Source: Amoebophrya sp. A120
Taxonomy: Eukaryota; Protista; Dinoflagellata
NCBI GenBank assembly: GCA_905178155.1
Contig: CAJINV010000004.1
Coordinates: forward strand, 5,558,828 to 5,622,827
Direction: 5' to 3'
DNA: 64,000 nt
Each line of letters starts with the position of its first letter. Position 1 is the stretch's first letter. Positions 37,011 through 48,636 of this stretch are shown one piece after another. A program made the position numbers and the translations under genes. The notes beneath the pieces are model-generated. The model did not search any database. It had not been told where the DNA came from and worked only from the letters and a program-made list of their open reading frames with translations.

Positions 37011-40000
37011 TCAGTGGAAGGTGGTTTCCTCAATCGTCAAATGCCCCTGGTCGCCGAACCGGCCGAGAGAGACGCTATGCATTGCAAATATCTCTGGGTC
37101 TGGGAGATTCCCTGGTTTGTCATGCATGTTCTGCATGTGCCATGCTGCCTGTACTGCATCACCCAGCATCACAGATTTTTTTTCTGGCTTTCTGCTGCCT
37201 ATTCCGCATGACAAACGCCCTCTCCGCGTAGCACAAACGGGTCTCCTCTTGGTGGTCATGCAACACAAATTTTATTAGCATCCAAAGGCAGCATCACAGG
37301 TTGCATTGTTCCAGACCCAGACATACTTGCCGTTGATAGACCCGCCCGTCGTCGTAAATAATGATCTCCGTCATGCCGCAGTTATCGCCGCGGAACCGCT
37401 ATCAAAAGAAAAAGTATGCTTTGGGCTGGAAGTGGATGAAACTTGTGATGCTAAACTGTGGATGATGAAAACACTACTTCCAAATGCAGCAAAGCATGAC
37501 AAGTTTGCACAGCGCTTTCGCATATGCAGCCTGCATGAGAGACTGCGTTTTTGTATGACAAAAGGCGCTGCGACTTCTGTTGATTTATGCAACACAGGTT
37601 TCGACGCAGGTATCGGAATGTTAGCTCAGCATTACAAGTTGTATACTTTCCAGACCCAGCTGCCATGTTTGCAATGGATAATCGCAGCCAGGCTTCCGGC
37701 GGGACTTGGAGGGCGCGGCAAACAAAGTACCGAATCACGTTCATGTGGCACACGATCACCTCATATCAAATGCGCAAATGTCTGGGTCTGGAAGAGTGGA
37801 AGATTTGTCATGCAGGTTTTCCATGACCCATGATGTCTGTAATGCATGGTCTAGCATCACAGATTTTTAGAGGGCTTTGTAATACCTCTACCGCATGAGA
37901 AATGCCTTCTCAGTGTAGCAAAGAACTGCATTCCCTTTGGTACTCATGCAATACAGATTTTTTTTGGAATCCAAATGCAGCGTCACAAGTTGCATTCTTC
38001 CAGACATCCAGGGATATTTACATTTGATACCTCATACTCGTGCTTTGGGGACCTTTAGTAGATGGAGAAAAGAACATAAGGACATGTCTAGTAGAAGTAT
38101 CTGGATCTCGCGCCGCCGTGGAGGGGGCACAACGGCGCGGAATATTCCACATAACTTGAGAACAACAGTGCGCAAGGAATCCAGGATTTTAAGATGAAAA
38201 AGGGCGCATGATTTAGAAGGCCCACCCTTTGACGCCGGAAACTCGCCTCGGTGCGGGACGAGCGCCGAAATGGTGCAGCTCCGAGCGTTTCGCATGTGAG
38301 TAAAGATAGGAAAGAAACCAACACGAACCAGCGCGCCGCGTCTTTCTTAAATTGCGCAAAGAGTCCCCACCCCGTAGGGCGAGGCGCAGACCGTTGCGCC
38401 TGACGACGCAGCGTGTTGGAAGGGGTTGGCTAAACGCTAGCGTTGTGACCCGACAAGCCTGTGGCGCGCCATACAGCAAAATACTGCCCGTGAGGGTATG
38501 AGGTCGAGGTGTGAGTGGAGTGCTTTACTTTTCCGCTGAATTATCAGCCCGCCAAAAATCTTCCCTGTGATCATTGATTCTTGCCGGAGTGATAATTCGC
38601 TGAATTATGTGCTGCACTCCACTTCCTGCTTGTCAACGGGAAATGGAGTGCTAATGCATTACGTTGCCACTTCGTGGGTGACTTTTGCCATGCCGGAGTG
38701 ATAACTCAGTGACTTACCGCTCCATATTCCCCGTTGCCCAACCGCCGACCATCCACGGGAAATGGGCGGGCAATGCCCTGAGTTATCACTCCAACAACTA
38801 TCTGAGTTTCAGACTTCGTCGCAGGAGAAGGCCGCGTTGCCGGAGCCGGACGAGGCCTATCGGCCAGCGGGAAAGCAGTTATCTGAAAGAGTGGGCATCA
38901 GATCCCACTCGCCACTCTTCATACGGCCGGCCGGCCGGGTGCGGAGTGGGACGGATCAGCTATCCTCAGCTCTGGGCCAAAAGCCGGCTCGAGAAACTCG
39001 AGATCGGTGCGGCGACCCGAAAAAAGCGGATCCGTCCCACTTTCCACCCACCCGCCCGGGCAGATGAAGAGTGGGATGCCCACTCTTCCGGATAATTTGT
39101 TACCCCACTCACAAACTAGCTCGCAGAATTATCACCCAAACAAAAGCCACACCGTGGAAGTAGGATTTTATTTTCCAAAAGTGGCAACTCAACGGAATGC
39201 CGCCACGAAGCTCCACCACACACACTTTTCGCGGAGTGGCATTCCAAGTGCTTCGCACTCCTCGGGAGGTCAGAGTGTGGGCGCATGCATGCGAGGTGGG
39301 AGCGCACACAAAGTACCGAATCACGTTCATGTGGCACACGATCACCTCATATGGATTGTAAAAATGTCTGGGTCTGGAAGGTTGGATCTTGTAATGCTAG
39401 CTTTCCATACCTAGAAAATCTGTATTGCATAACCAACAAAAGTCGGCCGCCCAAAGCGCTGCAACCTGCCGAAGGCGCCGGCGCCGCTGCACGGATGTAA
39501 CCTCTGCGGCGGCTGACATCTGTTGCCTTCGCATCAAGCCGCCCCCTGTGCGCCGACAGTTTCTCTTGCGTTTGGTCTTCTTGCGCTTGTTGTGTGCATG
39601 CTTTTCCATCCGGGCTGCCCATCGGCGAGGCTTGGCCCGATACCCTGTAGCAAGTAGCAGGACCACGCAACTGCTGGCGGTTGCCTCCCAAAAAATCTAA
39701 GTAAGAGGCACGCCTGCCAGGGGTGTTTTTGAGTTTTACTCTCGGCGCCGGCGGCCACACCTCAAAGCATGGAGGCAACAGCCATGCGGCTGGCTGTTTC
39801 TGATGTTAGCCACAGCCCCACTGCGGTTGGTTCGTTGTTTCTGTGCTCGGTTTCCTAGGCAAGCACCAGGGGCAGCAGATCGGCCGGGTAGCTGCGGTTG
39901 CTCAGTGTCAAAAACGATAAAAAAAGGCTTTTGGCTGTCGAGCTGTAGATGCTCGCTATAGGCGGAAGCTGTAGAGCTTAGGCTCTAGAGCATCACCAAA

Positions 40001-43000
40001 TAGCTGTAGAGATTCAGCTCTAGAGATTGAGCTCTAGAGGTTTTCGAGCTGTAGAGGCGTTCGCCCTAATCGTTATCAATCTTTTTTCGCAGCAGCGTGG
40101 TGATTCGCCACACAAAGTACCGAATCACGTTCATGTGGCACTCGTGTTTTGGGGACCTTAGTAGGTGGAGAGAAAAAGTACATGGGTAGCAGTACAACTT
40201 CATGCACAGCAAAAATAATTTCACAGTACCATCAAGTAAGGATAGCAACATTCAGATTCATCATTTTTGCGCAATAAAGTAATTATTTTGATTTCAGGTC
40301 GTTCTTCAGCCTATCCCGAACCCGATGCAACTAGACATCATCAACAATATTAAATTGAATTCCTACTCCTTCGCCGCCCCATTTCCTGCACCGCTTCCGG
40401 CGTCGCTGCTGCCCCCCGTTCCGCCATCCTCTTTCCCGGAGTAGCTTTCGGATACTTTGGACGCCTTGGAGCCGCGCTTCCAGTTCTCCTTCCGGTGAAT
40501 GTACTTGCGGAAGGCTGCCTCGATATCATGTGTAAATACGTCCCCAGCCCAGAGTCAATTTCCTAGACAAATCGACCAGCTTAGGCTGTTGCGCATGACA
40601 AGTTTGGCCTCGTATTGTAGTCGCGTTTAGCTACTGCAGCAGCATCACAGATCTAGCATACCATGCTGATTTGAGCATGACAAATCTCAACACACGACTA
40701 GAAACTGCTTCTCATGGGGCTCCGCATGAGAAACATTTTATGCATGCAGATTTGCATTACAACTCTGGGGTGGGGACGTTTTTACAAATGATACTCGATC
40801 CTAGGCGGGTCGGTGCCCAGCTTCGCCAACTTGGAACTGTCCATATCCTGTGCAAAAGTACTTGTCGCACTCGTATTGCAGTCATGCATGATTACAAATC
40901 CTTTACCTAAGGTCAATCCGCATTACAAATTTTCTTTCTCGTCATGCTGAGGAAATTTGTAATGCATTTATACGAGTACGATACTTTTGCGGTTCATAGT
41001 CCAGGTCCACCCCGGCCCCCGGGTGCATCACGCACGGCCTGCCCTCGTGGATATGGATGTGTCAGGATCGTCGAAGTCGACGAAATCGAAAAATTTGTAA
41101 TGCATAAAATGTAGGGCAAGTAAGGCCTGTATTGGGCGGGAGCAGGCAAATGAGACCGAAAGCTGCAATCCTGTTCAGAGGTATGCAATGCGCTGCCAGA
41201 GTAGCACGACAGGAGCAGCCTTCTTTGCCCAAACAGCATGACAGACTCGATTTCGGCTCTACCCAAATTTGTCATGCGCCGCTTGGACACTGAAGCTCCA
41301 ACTGGTATCGATTTTATGCATCACAAATCATTTTGATTTTGTTGAGTTCGATCCTGACGCTTCCATAGTTGAGCAGGGGGTCGTACTCGTGGGTGGTGGT
41401 GTCCTATCCTGTGCAAAAGTACTATCGTACTCGTACTAATTGCGTTCATGCATGACAAATCTTTCTCTTAAGGCAAATCCGCATTACAAATTCCATTTGT
41501 AATGCTGAGCTAATTTGTATTGCAATTCATACTAGTACGATACTTTTGCAGTTCATATGTCCAACTCCTCCGCGATAATGTCTGCGGTTTGCTTGGCGCG
41601 CAGCAGGTTGGAGGAGATCACTTTTTTCCAGTTGATTTTGATTTCCCTATCAAATGTAAAAATGTCTGGGTCTGGAAGAATCCAACTTGTCATGCTGATT
41701 TTGGATTCTAAAAAAATCTGTATTGCATGAGCAGCAAAGAGAGTCTAAGTTTTGCTACACGGAAAGAGCATTTGTCATGCGGTATAGGCATGAGGAAGCC
41801 CTTACAAAATCTGTGATGCTAGGGCATGCATCACAGACATCAGGACTCATGCAAAATGTGCATGACAAACCTGGCGATCTTCCAGACCCAGATATTTTTA
41901 CATTTGATATTCCCCGTAGTGATCCGACTTCAGGCCGTCCTGCATCTGCCGGAGCCGCTGCCCGGTTTTGCGCGCCTGGTGCCGCTATCAAATGCAAAAA
42001 TGTCTGGGTCTGGAAACTTGTAATGCTAAAATGTGCAAGAGGAAAACGCTTCCTTATGCAGAAAAGCATGACAAGTTTGCAGAACGCTTTCCCATCCGAA
42101 GTCTGCATGAGAAACTGCGTTTTTGTATGACATGAGAGGCTACCACTTTTGTTGGTCACGCAATACAGATTTCACAGGAATGCAAGACCAGCATGAAGAC
42201 AAGTTACATCCTTCCAGACCCAGACATTTTTGCAATCCATAGCCGCCCGAGCTCCGTGAGGCCTTCTTCGTCGGAGTCGAGTTCGTACTGGCCGTGGCGG
42301 AGCAAAAAAATGTGCCGTACCACGTGCGGCCGCTTCTTCATCTCCTGCCGCAGGTCTTGGCCCCGGTCCACGGGGTGGCGGCCGTCCCAATCCTCGATAT
42401 GACACTGCACAACCCCGCTTCCTCCCCCTCATTTGTATAATTGCATCCGCAACAACACAAACGCCCACACACGTGGAGCCTGTGCATGACAAGATCATGC
42501 GCGTAATGCAGTACTGGTTGGGCTTGCAGAATCTGTCATGCAAACAGTACCAGAAGGCAGCGCCTGGACTTGGTATTTTGCATGACAAATGAGGGGGAGG
42601 GGGAGTTGTGCACTCTCATACTCGTCCCACGCGCGCGACCAATCCTTCGGCGTCGCAACGAAGTAGTCTTTTGATGAATTTTACAGACTTTTTTCCTATC
42701 ATCTCAAAGTGCAGGGCTTAACAGGAGGTGGCTCGACCAGCTCGACTCTCAGGCAGATCAAGAGGAAAATGAAGAAAACATCACATGGATGCAGAAGTCT
42801 AGTAGACTAGTATCGGTATCGCATTTATCAAAAGCCAGAAATTTGTTCATCAAACAAATAAGTATAACCAATACCTGCATTGGTCCTCTCAGCGGCGGGT
42901 TTTGCGCGCCAGCGAGCATCCAAGGTTAGTTTTTCGGGTTTTGCCGCCGCCGGTTCCTCGCAGTGCACAGCAGCCGGGAAGAACCTCCGACCACCGGGCG

Positions 43001-43226
43001 TGTTAGCCAGGAAAGAACGTCGTGCCGGCTGCGGTAGTGATGTTTGCCTTTTTGTGCTGTCACCGCAACTGGAGTTGTCCGTGTCATGGCTTACGCCTGT
43101 TTTATTCCCGCCCACCTCTCTAGTGTTCCGGTCGTCTTGAAGGTGGCCCGAATTGTTATTTGTGCCCAGAAATGGCGTAAGCGCGGCGGGAAACAAACGC
43201 TGTAACCTCCCCACAGACCCTTGCAT
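37011..43226 (-). CDS. PGAM5: PGAM5-like histidine phosphatase superfamily Ser/Thr protein phosphatase, split by 10 intact introners and a ~2.3-kb intron
   Basis: Reconstructed WDEDWDGR (WDxNWD-type motif), [106 protein letters not shown]. Confidence 0.92.
37076..37338. mobile_element. Introner family A
   Basis: TIRs; repeat gacgc/gaccc. Confidence 0.9.
37400..37680. mobile_element. Introner family A (diverged)
   Basis: TIRs; repeat accgc/atcgc. Confidence 0.88.
37764..38029. mobile_element. Introner family A
   Basis: TIRs; repeat cctca/cctca. Confidence 0.9.
38480..39260. repeat. Cluster of short ggagtg/cactcc and gataa/aattatc motifs in both orientations inside the large PGAM5 intron; probable transposon remnant
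   Basis: e.g. gccggagtgataa near 38583 and gccggagtgataa near 38692; ctgaattat repeated. Confidence 0.45.
39350..39444. mobile_element. Truncated family A introner attached to a duplicated PGAM5 exon fragment
   Basis: Nearly identical to the first ~95 bp of element 59236. Confidence 0.85.
39940..40057. repeat. Array of ~7 gct(g/c)taga motifs
   Basis: agctgtaga and gctctaga recurring over ~120 bp. Confidence 0.6.
40524..40793. mobile_element. Introner family B
   Basis: TIRs; repeat ctcga/ctcga. Confidence 0.9.
40844..40998. mobile_element. Introner family D
   Basis: TIRs; repeat gtcca/gtcca. Confidence 0.9.
41052..41367. mobile_element. Introner family F, opposite orientation to 29194
   Basis: TIRs; repeat gtgga/gttga. 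Confidence 0.9.
41405..41557. mobile_element. Introner family D
   Basis: TIRs; repeat tgtcc/tgtcc. Confidence 0.9.
41648..41909. mobile_element. Introner family A
   Basis: TIRs; repeat ttccc/ttccc. Confidence 0.9.
41986..42241. mobile_element. Introner family A
   Basis: TIRs; repeat gccgc/gccgc. Confidence 0.9.
42398..42620. mobile_element. Introner family E
   Basis: TIRs; repeat ctcga/ctcgt. Confidence 0.9.
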
Positions 43227-43980
43227 TATCTAGGAATATCTTCGTTGTGTATGTGTTTATTTGTCTGAGAAGATGAAAATTAAAGAAAGATTACAGTTCG
43301 GAACGGAATGATCGTAATGTGGTGTGAAAAGACCTACAACTGGCACTGCAGGTGGGGAGACATCAGACCACTTATTCTATTGTGGTGCCAGCGAGCACGG
43401 CGAGCAGGAAAATAGGCTTTAGACAACAAACGAAATAAACGTGTACTTGATCCTGATCCAGCGAGGAGCCTAAATACACTGGAAAACGACCTTATTGAGT
43501 CGGTACTCACAACACTGCTTCCATACTTATCCGTTTGTACTTACTTTCTTTGTGCTAGCGTTTGCTACAACGCTGTGCGCAAAAATCAGTTTTGTCAGCA
43601 TAAATGCCAAGACGTCAGGTCTGAAAATTGGTGCAACATCAGCGTCGCACAACAATGACAGGAGCATCGTCTCCTTCATTCGCAGCAGGAATGCATGCTG
43701 GAAGGTTCTTGTTGAAGTGTTACATCCTACGCTGAAAGAATAAAGATATTGATCCGCTTCTTTGGTCGTGAGATGGCTTCTTCTTGATCATCTTGCTTTT
43801 CCCGATAAACGTCGAGCGAGTGCGAGAACAATCTCGCCGTGGAAGAAAGGTGAGGTGGGGATGAAAAGTATCAAAGAAAAGAGGGTTCTCGTGCGTGAAA
43901 AATAAGAACAACGACGAACGAGGATTCCTAAGACAGTGGGGCACGACGGTAGTTGTGCGCAACCAGAGCAGGCACTAATA

Positions 43981-44069
43981 GGGATCATGCAAGCCTTTGT
44001 GTAATAGTAGTGGCTGAGCAACAAGAAGAAGAAAGTGATCCTTCAACCACAACAACAAAACAAAAATGA
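43981..44069. repeat. Dispersed intergenic repeat, copy 1
   Basis: Similar to 54381-54463 (gatccttc.accacaacaacaaaacaaaaatga). Confidence 0.8.
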
Positions 44070-45075
44070 TAGGTGAACAACGGACTCGGGAGGGGTCAAA
44101 AATCCGCCCGGCGGGCGTCTGTGAGCGGTCCGGCGGCTTCAATCTCTATACTTTTGTTCTTGGAGGTAACAGCATCAAATAAAACGCTACTAGAACTGTG
44201 ATGATTTTTCATTTATACCACGGTCTTTCCATGCAATTTGCTGTCAGCTGCAGGAGGCCGATGGCGCACGACATCGCGCATCCTGCCCCCTGGCGGATGC
44301 TGCTGCCGGGCTCTCAAGAGCATAGCGCTCATACAAAATTTAAATATTGCTCGCCCAAAAGTAGACTGCGCAATCATAACCAACGTCGAGCCGTGTCAAA
44401 GTTTGCGACTGTCATCGTGAGTAAGTGTCTTTGCAGTCTTGCGTTTTATTTTCTACATGAGAACAAGTCCGGGCTTCCTCTTCGTGTTCAGATTGTATCT
44501 ATACTATATTTACTGCACAAACAAAGAACATCTTCAGAATGCTACACGGCGCTTCGCGACGAGACTCGACGCGGCATCAGAAAGAGCAAACTGGCTGCAA
44601 CGGCTTGCGTTACAATAAATAGTAATTGAATAACGTTAAAGATTATTGCGCTTTCCGAAAAGCCCAGACATGCCGTTTCTTGTTTTGTTTGGAAAAAAGA
44701 TAAATTAAGTTAATTGAAAGACCGATGTTATGGGCACAAATTTGGCAAGTCTTCAGAAAAACTCGCATGCCAAAAAAGATGATCTTTGTTTGCGAATTTT
44801 CACAAAAATACGGCCTGAGGTTTAAAGTCAATCTAGACTGAATGCAAATCTGTATATTCGTTTCAGAAGAAAAAAAGATCTCTCATGTAAGAGTGGCGAC
44901 ATTTTGAACAGCGACAATTTTTACTGCTGCATGGCCGCATACTTAAGTGGTTCTAAAGTATGGCCTCACTACATACAAAAGAAAGAAATCGGAGCTGTTT
45001 TTGCATAGTATGAATATCACCTATTACTTGTCGTTCGTTAATACAGTACGACCTCCGTAGTTTTCTATTTAGAGC

Positions 45076-47319
45076 TCAAACATTTCCCCAGGCCTGATCC
45101 CTGACCATCGCGTTGAAGCTGCCCACGCAATCCGCGAAGTGGGTCGACACGTTGGTGCCAACGTCCCGCAAATTGTCCATCATTGCGCGGAGCCCCAATT
45201 CCGTCTCCCCGGTTTCAACATTCACCGCTCCGTGGGCCCGGAAAATTTGCTGCAGCTGCGCCCGCAGGCGCGTCCACTCGTTGACGCCGACGAGGCATAT
45301 GGTGGACCTGATGCGGGTCACGTCGTTGGGAATCAGGTTGTCGCCCGTGTTGCACGGAGTTCCGTCGTTGAGGACGCAGCCGCCCGGGGTGGTTACGGGG
45401 TCGATGTCAAGTTCCGTCGCGATGATCGACTGCGGAGACGTGTTGACGCCGGTGGCCGGTAAGTTGTCGAGGTCCCAGACGTTCTGCAGATCGGGCTCGT
45501 TGCAAGCGCCAGACCACCTGCCATCGTGGGCAAAACTGCAGCCCCGGCCGTAGCCAGCGTTTCGGGCCGACGCTTGGTTTGTGTTGGGCGGCGTGGGCGA
45601 GCGTGTCGGCATCGGGCGATCGGCTTTGACAACGCGGTAGCGGTGTCCGGCGCGCAGTCGGTTCGCGGGCGTGTGCCAAGCACCGTTCGGGCCGGCGTTC
45701 CCGGATCGGAGCCCGTCCGAATGCAGAGGCTGATACTTGACACAAACATTGTCGCCGACGGCAAAGCCTCTGAGCGGGGCCCGAGCATCTCCTAGCGCGG
45801 CCTCGTGAATTAAGCCGGCCGGAATCTGCACGGTAAAAAAATTCCACACCGATCCAATGCGCAGATTGAAAACGAAGTGAGGTCCGGCGAAAAACATCAG
45901 CGGGTTGTACGTCAAGACTATGGGGGCACGAAAGAAAAACTTGTACCCCCAGTCCCTCAAAAAGGGCGCTTCCTGAGTCCACGGAACCGGCTGCCCCTCA
46001 ACCGCAGTGACCTGTGTGAAGGAAGTCGACGATTTTTATTTTCGTTTTCGGGGCAGAATTTGCATTTCGCAATTCGAATTTCTTTTTCGGATACTCGTCA
46101 GACATGAATCGTTCCAAACAAAGCAAGGGCTGCGAGAGATGGTGGACACTCGACCGATGCGCCGGCAATTACTTAATAGCTGAAGAGTTACTATTGGTAG
46201 CACAGACTAGAAGCTATGTATCATGCATCTTTGGCCGCGTCACCCGATCCGAATTTTCTGGGGGTTCACGCTGAGTGCAGCAATGCCCACTCTGCACGAA
46301 TATGACTTCTGTAGAAAAAAAATGAAAAGGCTACCAGCTGGCGCAAGTTCGTGCTTCCAAAAGTGGGCGCACCAGAGGGAAGGGAAGCCAGACTGTCTTG
46401 CAGCACCTCTACAAGAATCTCCGGTTCGTGGTTGGTGTCAAAATCAAACTCGAAGTGGGCCGCTGCAGCAAGTGCCTTCGGCGCAGGCGGTGCCGGTGGC
46501 GCAGGCGGTGCGGGTGGCGCAGGCGGTGCGGGTGGCGCAGGCGGTGCCGGTCCGGGTGGCGGCGGCGGTCCGGGTGGAGGAGACGGCGCAGGCGGTGCCG
46601 GTGGCGGTCCGGGTGGCGGCGGCGGTCCGGGTGCAGGAGACGGCGCAGGTGCTGGCGGGAGGTCATCTCCGGGATTCAATTGCGGCGGGATAGGCAAGCT
46701 GTGAAACGTCCCGTAGGCATTGGCCAACTGGCGCAGCTTTTCGTTCTTGAAATAAGTCGCATGCCCATTCAACACCTCGTCTTCTGTCAAGACCCACACT
46801 TCCCGAATGTTCCAAGTAATTCCGTTTGTATCAGTGGCCGGGTAATGGCACAGACCCTTGCTTCCCTCGTCCACAGCCCCCGTCTGGTAGTCTTTCGTGT
46901 GGCACAGAAGCATCTCCGGAATTTCATTTGGGTTTTGGAAATAGGAACTACTCGGGTGGGTTTCCGTGTCATTCCAAACGGTATAAAACTCCCGCAGTTG
47001 CTTATTGGGAAACATCTTCGGAAGGCGCTCCACCATTTTTTCTTGGTTGTCACCCGGCTCTACTTCGTCGCGACCATCGTCGCTTCTCTGTTGCTCCGCC
47101 TGCGCTTGCTGCAGTTGCAGGAACGAAGCCGAAGATCGAGCCGCCGCTGCATTTTTTCGCTGAGGTAGGTTCGCTGGTAGTTCAGCCAACGGCCAATCGT
47201 CCGATAGCAGCACAGTCCTCTCGCCGCCCCGCTCGTCTGCAGAGATTCTGCAGGGCCGGTTCAGCTTTTCCAAGCTGAGGTCACCGTTCTCCTCGTACAG
47301 GCTCTGCACGGAAACGTTG
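45076..47319 (-). CDS. Hypothetical Pro-rich (PPAP/PGPP repeat) protein, 3' part; 5' part possibly at 51362-52403
   Basis: ORFs 46266-47345 and 45076-45960 both lack an ATG start. Acceptor-like ttcacacag near 46012 is in frame with the second ORF. Pro-Ala repeat at ~46480-46660. Confidence 0.55.
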
Positions 47320-48636
47320 TATTTGTGAGCTAAGTCTAAATCCACTACGAAATGAGCATGAGAAATTGACTCTGAGCAAAACTTACTGAGGGCTAGCCTA
47401 AAGCAAAGCTACTCCGATATCTAGCATGACAGATTGACACTACGGAGAAAACTACTGCGGTATAAAGCGTGATAAATTCAGTCCAAGACGCATCCAGCCA
47501 TTCTACTCCTACCACTAACTTTAGTTTCGCCTATTTCTATATCTACATCCTGATCACAAAAGTCAACTTTTCTCCCCCGAGCGGCTTCCCTCTTCGCCCT
47601 GCCTGTTTCCTGCGGTTGCTGCGGCGATCTTTTACGACTGTTTGCGACTGGGCTACTCGCTCGATCCCGAATGCGCACTGACTACCACTATCGGCGACTT
47701 CTGTTCCTGCGCCGTTTTCTCGCCTGCCCGATGGCAAGCGCCTAACCCTACTGCTGGGTCCTTTTCTTCGTCTTCTTCGCCGGCTTCTGCGACGGTACTT
47801 GCTGCCTCGCTGGTCTGGTCTGCTTCCGGTACTGGTGGCCATCTGTTTTCTTGCTTCTACTACAAAAACATATCTACGGCCCTTGCTCTTCTCCTTGTTC
47901 TTCTTTGTCTGCGTAAGCTTTTCCCAGTCTTTGGGCGTAGTCCTGCTGTCAGCAAATTCGACGAGTTGCGCTGTAGTCCGGCGCTGTCCTCGAATCTTGC
48001 AACAATCTAGGCACTATCCTTCGCTTCGCTTTTTGTCCTTTCCTAGCCTAGTAATGCGATCCAGTCCCTTTGTAGATGCTTCTTGCCCAACATCTACACA
48101 AGGCGTCTAGTTCTAGCACTACTGCTAGTTTGTCAGCTTCCTGCGTAAAACTTTCGCTGTGGCGTGGAAAGTTTTCACGCCAGGCAACCTAGACAATTTC
48201 CAACCGATCCAACTGCTAAAGGTTCCAGATTTTACGACCCAACTACGCGGCAGTTGGGCTCATAACTCTGTTGGGAAATAGTCCCAATCCTGTCTGGCAG
48301 TGGTCGCTGGATCGTATTCGAGAGAACACAGGGCGTGCTCCACGTCTAGTCTCCATGAGCGGAGTGCATCTAGCTACGATGGCACGACGTGCATTGCTAA
48401 TCTCTATTCGGTAACAAATAGCCATCTTGGCCCTGTCTAGTGTGTTCAGGTTTTCATGTGAATGGTGTGCGTCTAGATCTATTTCCCTATCTGGTGCCCT
48501 ATACATTTATGATTTTCTATGAACCTAGCTACTTTGCATGATCTCCCTACCTGTTTCGTAGGCCTATGATCCTCATGAGTTCTTGCACGATTTGGATCCA
48601 CGACATTAGTAGGATTGGGGATTTTACCGATCCAAA

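Noticed and set aside
40524-42620. Alternating repeats and short unique spacers resembling a CRISPR array
   Set aside because: The repeats are 150-320 bp TIR elements of different families, the spacers are in-frame PGAM5 exons, and there are no cas genes.
47320-47464. Possible additional introner starting TAT with gcatgaga/gcatgaca motifs
   Set aside because: No matching inverted end or 5-bp repeat found; at best a remnant.
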